Assembly (NCBI GenBank): GCA_965223325.1
Contig: CBDCWI010000002.1
Coordinates: 4,160,001 to 4,224,000, forward strand
From: Candidatus Multivoradales bacterium
GTDB lineage: Bacteria > Acidobacteriota > Thermoanaerobaculia > Multivoradales > Multivoraceae
Direction: 5' to 3'
DNA: 64,000 nt
Part shown: positions 8,182 through 15,112 of the stretch, one piece after another
Layout: each line of letters begins with the position of its first letter
Numbering within the stretch: the stretch's first letter is position 1
Program-made: the position numbers and the translations under genes
The notes under the pieces: model-generated
What the model saw: only the letters and a program-made list of their open reading frames with translations
Databases searched by the model: none
Told to the model about the DNA's origin: nothing

Positions 8182-9225
8182 TCAAGCGTTCATGAAGGTC
8201 GGGGGGTGGAAGGCTTCGTTGTTCTTGAGCATGAAGTAGACGGCGCGGCCCAGCTTGTGGCGGAGCACGGCGTAGGCCTTGGTCTTGCCGTGCTTGCGCT
8301 TGAGGCGCTCGAGCATCTTCTTGCCGTGAGCCTGGCGCTGAGCGAAGAGCACGGCGGCCTCAGAGAAAGCCCACTTGAGGTGGTGGTTGCCGATCTTGTG
8401 GCGACCGCTGCCGGTTCGCTTGCCTGCAGACTCATGCTGCGGTCGGATCAGCCTGGCGTAGGAGGCAAACTGCTGCACGGTGGGAAACCTCGAGATGTCT
8501 TCGATCTCGTAGAGCATCGTCATGCCGAGGATAGGACCGACGCCGGGAATCGAAGTGAGGCGCGACAGTACGCTTGGATCGTGATCCTTGGCCAGAGCGA
8601 AGAGATGCCTCTCGACATCGGAGATCACCTCGTCGAAGGCCGCGATGAGTCGCTAGTTGGCGTCGATACTTTTCTTCGCTGACGGATCATCGAAGTGATG
8701 GAGGAGATCCGTGCGGTCCGACGGCCTGGCGATCCTGCCGAGCGACGTGTCGCAGTTGTACTGAGTGTTCGAGGTGCGGATGTGGACGAAGAGCTCGGCG
8801 CGCTTGCGTGTGAAGTACTGGCGCCTGCGCAGGAGATCTCTCGCGGCTCTCATCTTCTTGGGATAGGTGTAGGCCATTGGAAAGGTCCCGCCTCGTAGGA
8901 GGGCGGCGAGCTTGTAGGAATCGACCTTGTCGTTCTTGGCCTTGGCGCCGTGGATCGCGCTCATATAGAGGGCGTGGCCAAGCACGAATTCGATTCCCTC
9001 CTCGGCGCAGAGGTCGGCGAGCCAGTACCAGGAGAACATGCACTCGACACCCACGACCAGATCGTCTCGGAAGGGTTCGATGGCCTCGAGGAAGGCATCA
9101 GGCCGAGCGGGGATGTTTCGGTGGTAGATCTTCTCGCCGTCCTCGTCGAGGACGCAGAGGTACATCTTGCGAGCATGCAGATCGACACCGCAGGTGTGGC
9201 GATGACGGCGGTTGTAGAATCGCAT
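8182..9225 (-). pseudogene. IS110-family DEDD recombinase/transposase with one in-frame stop (TAG at 8653-8655)
   Basis: GVDLH / VEC / KNDKVDS RuvC-like DEDD motifs and C-terminal SIPGVG...HESAGK; the two ORFs are in the same frame (347 codons if read through). Confidence 0.92.
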
Positions 9226-9378
9226 CGAGGTCTCCTTGAAAAGAGTTTCTGTTTTACCGCTCGCAAGCTACCGCGTGGGTAGCTCGCCAGGGGACCTCAA
9301 TGATCTTCAATCGGATGGAGCCGACGAGAACCTGCGCTCGCTTCGCTCGCGGCAGTTCCCGCGGCTCTTCCTCGTTCC

Positions 9379-9767
9379 GTTGTACTGCGCAGGCACCGCC
9401 TGGGTAGCGGGCAGGGCGTCGCGAGCTCAGAACGTCGCGAGATCGTGGCGGCCGGTTCTGCCGGGCCGTTCGCTTGTGCCGGTCGCGACGTTCCCGCGGG
9501 AACGTCGCAGCGTCGCCCACCGCCCTGCGGTGCAGCTCGGCCGCTTCGGTGTGCTCGTCGGTCAGGGCCAGGCGGGCGCCGTGTTCTTCTCGCAGTCGCT
9601 CGGCGGTGCAAGAATGGGCCGGTACCTGCGCCGTGCAGCTCTCGTCTCTCACCCGGTCGGCGCTACGAAGGCCGGGTCGTTTCGTGGCTCGAGCTTTCTC
9701 GTTGAAGAACGCCGCGAGGATCGGAAGCGAACGTCAGCCAGGGCATCCGAAGAGAGCGCAGTACAAC
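9379..9767. other. ORF-less cassette C (homolog of B), fused to the downstream ORF
   Basis: Roughly 80% identical to 6096-6484 by eye; 24-bp perfect palindrome at 9485-9508. Confidence 0.7.
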
Positions 9768-9770
9768 GAC

Positions 9771-10274
9771 GTGGCTGAGATCCGCTGCACGAAGAAGCTG
9801 CTCGGTCGGTTCCAGCAGGAGCGTGGAGTGCAAGTCAGCGGCGGCGCCGCTCTAGGCAACTGGGTCGCGAACATCGTTCCCGTCTTCGGGGGTGAGGTTG
9901 TACTTGCGCTGAACGAGCTTTACTTGCTCACGCTCGTCCTGCCCTCCGATCGGCTCGAGAGACTTCCGGAGACGGTCGGTGCCGAGGCGTCCAAGGTGCT
10001 TCTTACGGCCGGCGCTCCACCGGCCTTTGCCGGCGCGGTCCAAGCTGAGGCTGCCAGCGCCTTGATCGCGCAGAACAGAAGTCGGCACTTCGTTGGTTTG
10101 CTGAACCAGGTCTCGGCGGCCGTGCAAGAGTGGGCAGAGCTTCCGTCACCCTTCCTTATTCGCAACCAGGCTGAGATGGAGAACCGGCTCCTGGGTTGGC
10201 TCTACGGGCCACATCCGAACTACCGCCACCCCAAGGACGAGATCGCCAGAGCAATCGAGCGCTTCCGTGAGTAG
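9771..10274 (+). CDS. DUF6933-like protein
   Basis: GTG start; IRCTKKLL...LGNWVAN...LALNE..LLTLVLP...NRSRHFVGLLNQ pattern. Confidence 0.7.
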   Translation: MAEIRCTKKLLGRFQQERGVQVSGGAALGNWVANIVPVFGGEVVLALNELYLLTLVLPSDRLERLPETVGAEASKVLLTAGAPPAFAGAVQAEAASALIAQNRSRHFVGLLNQVSAAVQEWAELPSPFLIRNQAEMENRLLGWLYGPHPNYRHPKDEIARAIERFRE

Positions 10275-10277
10275 GCA

Positions 10278-10360
10278 GGACAACCACCCGGTCAACTCGA
10301 CATGAACCCGCGTCCGCTTCGCTCCCGCGTGTCCATGCGAGTTACAATTGCCCGTTAGCC
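10278..10360 (+). repeat. attC site 13 (near-identical to attC10)
   Basis: ggacaac-cacccggtcaactcgacatgaac...gttagcc. Confidence 0.85.
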
Positions 10361-10378
10361 AGTGCAGGCGACGCGATA

Positions 10379-10443
10379 CAGCCACGAACCCCGGCTCGCT
10401 GCGCTCGCTCGGGCTTCGTGCTGCTGAGCCTTGTCCGCTGGGC
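10379..10443 (+). repeat. Degenerate attC remnant (no AAC box; core GCT)
   Basis: Central arms resemble attC6 and attC11; ends ttgtcc-gctgggc. Confidence 0.7.
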
Positions 10444-10453
10444 CGCACCTGGT

Positions 10454-10478
10454 GGTAGCATGGTATCCGTGCTATCAT
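10454..10478 (+). promoter_or_regulatory. higBA operator inverted repeat overlapping an extended -10 (TGcTATCAT)
   Basis: tagcatgg-tat-ccgtgcta; TATCAT 6 nt before GTG 10485. Confidence 0.6.
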
Positions 10479-10484
10479 GTTTGC

Positions 10485-10781
10485 GTGATTCGGTCGTTCG
10501 CAGACGCCGGTACTGAGGACATCTTCAACGGTCGGAACACTCGGGCCGCAAGGAAGTCGTGCCCGCGCAACCTTTGGAACGTGGCCGCGCGCAAGCTGGA
10601 ACAGATCGACGCCGCTGAGGAGTTCGACGATCTGCGAGTCCCACCGGGAAACAGGCTAGAGGCGCTGTCAAGAGACCGAAAGGGACAGTTCAGTATCCGA
10701 GTCAACTCTCAGTACCGCATCTGTTTCGTCTGGACTCCGTCCGGCCCGGACGAAGTGGAGATCGTCGACTACCACCGCTAG
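10485..10781 (+). CDS. higB: HigB (RelE-like) toxin
   Basis: IRSFAD...DLRVPPGNRLEALSRDRKGQFSIRVNSQYRICFVW...EVEIVDYH. Confidence 0.95.
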   Translation: MIRSFADAGTEDIFNGRNTRAARKSCPRNLWNVAARKLEQIDAAEEFDDLRVPPGNRLEALSRDRKGQFSIRVNSQYRICFVWTPSGPDEVEIVDYHR

Positions 10782-10789
10782 AGGTCGCC

Positions 10790-11104
10790 ATGGTTCGCAT
10801 TCCCACTCACCGCACCCCAACTCATCCCGGCGTTATGCTGCTCGAGGACTTCCTCGAACCGATGGGCATCTCGCAGCGCGAACTGGCCGATGGGATTCGC
10901 GTTCCGTACCAGCGGGTCAACGAGCTGGTGAACGGGAAGCGTGGCGTCACGCCTGCCACCGCCCTGCGCCTGGGGAAGTTCTTCGGCATGAGTGCGGGGT
11001 TCTGGATGAACCTTCAACTTCGGTGGGACCTCTTTCACGCCCAGCGATCCGAGGGTGAGGCTCTCAGGAAGATCCGCCAGGTAAAGGTAACCGTGGAGGC
11101 CTGA
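10790..11104 (+). CDS. higA: HigA HTH antitoxin
   Basis: PTHPGVMLLEDFL...KRGVTPATALRLGKFFG..AGFWMNLQ. Confidence 0.95.
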   Translation: MVRIPTHRTPTHPGVMLLEDFLEPMGISQRELADGIRVPYQRVNELVNGKRGVTPATALRLGKFFGMSAGFWMNLQLRWDLFHAQRSEGEALRKIRQVKVTVEA

Positions 11105-11122
11105 GGTGGGCACGGCCCAACA

Positions 11123-11598
11123 CCGATGAGGTCCCCTGACGTCAAGCGGCAAACGTTTCCTAGCGGACGAGGTCCGTAACGGTTTTCGATCAGATTTCGA
11201 TATCTGGCTTTGGTTTCAGAGCGGGTGCGAGGCGAAGCCTCTGCACCAAACACCTATTGGGCCTCTGCCCTCGCTTTCGCGACGACTGCTGGCCTGGGCC
11301 AGCGGACCAGAAACACATCGGTGCCCTCGTACCGTCCGATTCAAACCGTGCTGGTCACGCCGGTGGCGTGCCGGAGTTGGTTGCCTGGTTCGGGTGAGGG
11401 GCAGATGTCGAGATCGACCGAATGCTGGCAGGTGAGTGGGAAGCCTCGTCCATTCAACCGGTCTGGCTGCCGGCTCAGATGTCTCAGGGCGCGTTGGGTG
11501 TCGATGCACCAGGAGCGGGTACTCCGATGAAGCGCGATGGATGAGGTCGGGCCGTGTGGCTCCAATTAGGCGGAGGGCTCGAGGCTTCCGACTCGGAG
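11123..11598 (-). ncRNA. Orphan copy of the IS1111 right end plus putative bridge RNA (no recombinase)
   Basis: Follows gcccaaCA (11115-11122) exactly as copy 1 does; IR at 11127-11138; >90% identical by eye to 7707-8180; homology ends at the position of the tnp stop codon. Confidence 0.75.
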
Positions 11599-11692
11599 TT
11601 CCACCCATCGCGGTGCTTGCTACGATGAAATCCGTGCGCTTCACGGCTTCTGACAAGACGCTTCACACGACCCGGCCGAGGCGTTAGGCCCC

Positions 11693-12124
11693 GTGCAGGA
11701 CCATGGCATCCGGCTGGCCGTTAAGAAGGACCTGGCGGCGCTAGTCGATGTCGACCCCATGGCTCGCGACGATGGTGGCCGAGGAGAGCTGGTCCGTGGC
11801 GCGATCGAAGCGCAACGGGCCTGGATTCTCGAGGTCTCGCTCTGCCCCGTTGGGTACGGAATCATCTCCCACGACTTCTTTGGCCGATCGTTCCTGGACC
11901 TGATCTTGATTGCGGAATCTCAACGCTCAAAGGGATACGGGCCGCGCTTGATTGCTTTCCTCGAAGGCCTCTCCCGATCCAACGACCTGTTCACCTCGAC
12001 CAACCAGTCCAATTCACACATGCGGCACGTTCTCGAGAAACTCGGCTACGAGCGATCGGGGATCATTCACAATCTTGACCCTGACGACCCGGAGATCGTG
12101 TACGTCAAACGTGTTGAGTGTTGA
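11693..12124 (+). CDS. GNAT family N-acetyltransferase (terminal cassette, attC lost)
   Basis: QRSKGYG motif A, FTSTNQSN..M; preceded by a GTTAGGC core at 11683-11689. Confidence 0.85.
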   Translation: MQDHGIRLAVKKDLAALVDVDPMARDDGGRGELVRGAIEAQRAWILEVSLCPVGYGIISHDFFGRSFLDLILIAESQRSKGYGPRLIAFLEGLSRSNDLFTSTNQSNSHMRHVLEKLGYERSGIIHNLDPDDPEIVYVKRVEC

Positions 12125-12279
12125 GCATGCCCGGTAAGGCGGCCCGCGTGCGCCCTGTGACGCCGTAGGGCCCCGGACGTCTGTGTGACCTCCGGTGCCG
12201 CGGCGCCCTCCTGCTACGCGGAGTAGCATGACGAACACGGCGTGACTCGTTCGACCACGCCCAAACGAAGGACCTCGAG

Positions 12280-14085
12280 ATGAACCGACGATGCTGCGTT
12301 GTAGCGGCGGCGCTCTGCACCGCGGTCGCCATGGCGGCCTCCGGCCAGGAGGCGAGTGAGCGACAGGCGTTCTTTGGCGACCTGCACATCCACACCAACT
12401 ACTCGTTCGACGCCTTCACCGGCAATGTGCGTACGACCCCGGACGATGCCTACCTGTACGCCAAGGGGCAGCCCATTGCACACCCTTCGGGCGACGCGAT
12501 TCGCATCACCGGCCGACCGCTCGACTTCTTGATGGTTGCTGACCACGCGGAGTACCTTGGCATTCACGCCGCCCTGCTTGACCCGACCAGCCCGACCTAC
12601 GGTCATCCGGAGACCGACTCGGTGCTTCCCAGGCCGGGAACGACATTCATGGCAACTGCTCGCCGGCTGAACGAACTGATCACCTCCGGTCACGAGATCG
12701 TCAGAGATGAGGTGATCGCTGACGCCTGGACCAAGACCATCGAAGCCGCTGAGCGGCACAACGACCCCGGAACGTTCACCACCTTTGTCGGCTTCGAGTA
12801 CACGCCAACCCCCGACGCGCGTCATTTGCACCGCAATGTCGTCTTTCGCAGCTCGGATGTGCCTGAGATGCCGTTCTCGGCGCGCGACTCAGGCAATCCA
12901 GAAGATCTTTGGACGTGGCTCGACGCGCGCCGCGCCGAAGGTATCGAAGCCTTGGCCATTCCGCACAATATGAACCAGAGCGACGGGCTCGCTTTCCAGC
13001 AACAGACCTTCGGCGGCAAGCCGATCGATCGCGACTGGGCGGAGAAGCGGATGCGCAATGAGCCCGTCGCCGAGATCAGTCAGCAGAAGGGCACTTCGGA
13101 AACGCACCCGTCGCTATCGCCGAACGACGAGTGGGCTGACTTCCAGATCGTCCAGTACTATCGGAATCGCGCCGAGAACAAGGATCCGATCTCGGTCTTC
13201 AAGGGTGGCTACTACCGCGACGCGCTCCGTGTGGGTCTCGAGTTCGAGGAGAAGCTCGGTGCCAACCCGTACCAACTCGGCGTCGTTGCCGCCAGCGACA
13301 GCCACACGTCGGCTGCCGCCTACGAGGAAGACAACTACTTCAGCAATCCCAACTCGCCCGCGGCGCGCGGTTCCTCCTACCGGGGAGAGGACGGAAGCTG
13401 GGACGGCTTCTTCACGCCTCGCCAGGCGACGCATGGCACAGGCGGTCTCACTGGGGTCTGGGCCGAAGAGAACAGCCGCGCCGCGATTTACGACGCCATG
13501 CGCCGGAAGGAGTCCTTCGGCACTTCGGGGCCGCGTATCCGCGTGCGGATGTTCGGCGGCTTCGGTCTGGACCGGGCGCTCCGCGGCTCAGCCGATCCGG
13601 TCGCCGAGGCCTACCAGGGCGGTGTTCCCATGGGCGGCGTGCTGCCGGCGAATGGGTCTGGCGCGCCGAGCTTCCTAGTCTGGGCCATGCGCGATCCCGA
13701 GACCGGCTGGTTACAGCGCGCGCAAGTGATCAAGGGGTGGGTGGACGAGGGCGAATCGCACGAGCGGGTCTATGACGTCGCGTGCAGCGACGGCCTCGAG
13801 CCGGACCCCAGGACGCACCGCTGCCCTGACAATGGCGCCCGCGTGAATCTGGCGGACTGCTCGGTGAGCCGTGACAAGGGCGCCGTGGAGTTGCGGACGG
13901 TGTGGACCGACCCCGACTTCGATGCTTCGGAGCGCGCCTTCTATTACGTTCGTGTGCTCGAGAACCCGAGTTGCCGCTGGTCGATGTGGGACGCTCTGCG
14001 CTCCGGCATCGAGCCCAACCCCGATCTCCCCACCACGCATCAGGAACGTGCCTGGAGCTCGCCGATCTGGTACCAGCCCGAGTAG
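12280..14085 (+). CDS. DUF3604 domain protein (PHP-like metallohydrolase), secreted
   Basis: FFGDLHIHTNYSFDA, DHAE, HLHRNVVFR, AIPHN, QERAWSSPIWY. Confidence 0.92.
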   Translation: MNRRCCVVAAALCTAVAMAASGQEASERQAFFGDLHIHTNYSFDAFTGNVRTTPDDAYLYAKGQPIAHPSGDAIRITGRPLDFLMVADHAEYLGIHAALLDPTSPTYGHPETDSVLPRPGTTFMATARRLNELITSGHEIVRDEVIADAWTKTIEAAERHNDPGTFTTFVGFEYTPTPDARHLHRNVVFRSSDVPEMPFSARDSGNPEDLWTWLDARRAEGIEALAIPHNMNQSDGLAFQQQTFGGKPIDRDWAEKRMRNEPVAEISQQKGTSETHPSLSPNDEWADFQIVQYYRNRAENKDPISVFKGGYYRDALRVGLEFEEKLGANPYQLGVVAASDSHTSAAAYEEDNYFSNPNSPAARGSSYRGEDGSWDGFFTPRQATHGTGGLTGVWAEENSRAAIYDAMRRKESFGTSGPRIRVRMFGGFGLDRALRGSADPVAEAYQGGVPMGGVLPANGSGAPSFLVWAMRDPETGWLQRAQVIKGWVDEGESHERVYDVACSDGLEPDPRTHRCPDNGARVNLADCSVSRDKGAVELRTVWTDPDFDASERAFYYVRVLENPSCRWSMWDALRSGIEPNPDLPTTHQERAWSSPIWYQPE

Positions 14086-14212
14086 TTAGTGTGAGGAGCG
14101 CCGCACTACGAAGCGCGTCAACACGGACGGGCCATCGATCAACCGCCCGCTTGGCTTGGGCGTCGTGACCTCCGGCAAGAGCATCAGCGCCGCTCTCGAG
14201 GCGCTCAAGGCC

Positions 14213-14545
14213 ATGGCCGTGCCGATAGGAGGCGAGTGTTCGTGTGGGCAAGCCCGCTACGTCTCTTCGCGTCCCGTCTGGAGCTGCAATCGCCATTGCC
14301 GAGCCTGCCAGCTCGCCAGCGGCGCCCCGTTCGTGAGCGCGTTCAGCGTGTCGTCATCTTCCTTCAAACTCGTCTCCGGAACCTTGGGCGTGCATCGGCG
14401 CCGTTGGTCCGGTTGGATCCCGCCCTACTCGTTTTCAGCAAGATGCCAGAGCTTTCCCAGACTGAGACGAGGCCCACACAATGAGAAGGCAGCCCAACAG
14501 GCAAGAGCTCAGCCCGGTCGCTCGAGCGAGGTGCGGACGCTGTGA
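14213..14545 (+). pseudogene. Degraded GFA (glutathione-dependent formaldehyde-activating) family gene
   Basis: GGECSCGQARY...HCRACQLASGAPF N-terminal Zn motif, then the similarity collapses. Confidence 0.55.
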
Positions 14546-15108
14546 CGACTGAAAAAGCCTGCGAGCTCATGCGATCTGCATGGGCGATGCGGCGCGCGTC
14601 ATTCGACGTCTCGCCGGCAAAGAGAAGGGCAGCGTTGACGAAGGCGAGGGAGGAGTTGACAACTGCCGTTTCGCTATGTCGTGACTACGGCTCACAGGTC
14701 TCCTACGCGCAAGCCGTGCACCTACTCGCCAACGTCGAGCTCGACTTAGGACGCGAGTGCGAGGCCCTATTGCTATGGAAGGAAGCGGTCAGCGTCCTTC
14801 GAAGGAGCGACGATGTTCTTCAGCTCGCGCACAAAGTGCGGCATCTCGGAGACTTGCACCGGCAGTGCGGTCGCCTCGACGAGGCCGAGTCTTGTTACTC
14901 CGAAGTGCTGGCACTTTACCGTGAGCACGACAGTCCTGGAAGTTTGGACTTCGCAAATGCGGTCCGCCGCATGGCAGACCTGAAAGAGCGAGGCGGAGAC
15001 AGTTCAGAGGCGCTCGCCCTGTGGCGAGAGACTCGCGAGCTCTATGCCGCCGTCGGCGTGGTGCCCGGGGTTGAAGAGGCTGAACGCCACATAGAGCGCT
15101 TGACTTGA
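14542..15108 (+). CDS. Tetratricopeptide repeat protein
   Basis: Repeats such as LAHKVRHLGDLHRQCGRLDEAESCYSEVLALY. Confidence 0.8.
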   Translation: MTTEKACELMRSAWAMRRASFDVSPAKRRAALTKAREELTTAVSLCRDYGSQVSYAQAVHLLANVELDLGRECEALLLWKEAVSVLRRSDDVLQLAHKVRHLGDLHRQCGRLDEAESCYSEVLALYREHDSPGSLDFANAVRRMADLKERGGDSSEALALWRETRELYAAVGVVPGVEEAERHIERLT

Positions 15109-15112
15109 TGAA

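Larger units (their letters stand above)
7707..9307 (-). mobile_element. IS1111-type (IS110 superfamily) attC-targeting insertion sequence
   Basis: 12-bp subterminal inverted repeats tgaggtcccctg (7711-7722) and caggggacctca (9288-9299), 4 and 8 nt from a CA core found at both ends; DEDD recombinase; long non-coding region downstream of the recombinase. Confidence 0.92.
7699..9385 (+). repeat. attC site 12, split by an IS insertion (7699-7706 plus 9310-9385)
   Basis: Removing the IS restores gcccaacaatcggatggagccgac...gttgtac, which closely matches attC1 (gccgaacaaccggatggagccgac). Confidence 0.9.
1..12124 (+). mobile_element. Integron gene-cassette array (distal part; intI/attI not in window)
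   Basis: About 14 imperfect-palindrome attC sites of ~80-87 bp (NNNNAAC...GTTNNNN). Each cassette's 5' GTT box is complementary to its own 3' AAC box, e.g. gttcggcggcc...ggccgccgaac and gttggacagcc...ggctgtccaac. Short co-oriented ORFs lie between the sites. Confidence 0.95.

Noticed and set aside
7794-8239. ORFs 7805-8239, 7838-8185, 11210-11530 and 11216-11656 in the IS end
   Set aside because: Frames are broken by indels between the two copies and the composition is not protein-like; this is the IS non-coding end.
151-10443. Recurrent cgctcgcttcgctcgctc repeats as a CRISPR array or REP elements
   Set aside because: They are 80-87-bp imperfect palindromes separated by gene-sized units with complementary core boxes, i.e. 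attC sites; no cas genes and no constant spacer length.
11123-11682. Complete MITE derived from the IS
   Set aside because: The second IR (caggggacctca) and the left end are absent, so it cannot be called a two-ended non-autonomous element.
1-15110. Integron integrase or reverse transcriptase associated with the array
   Set aside because: No tyrosine-recombinase (R-H-R-H-Y) or RT (YxDD) motifs in any ORF in the window.
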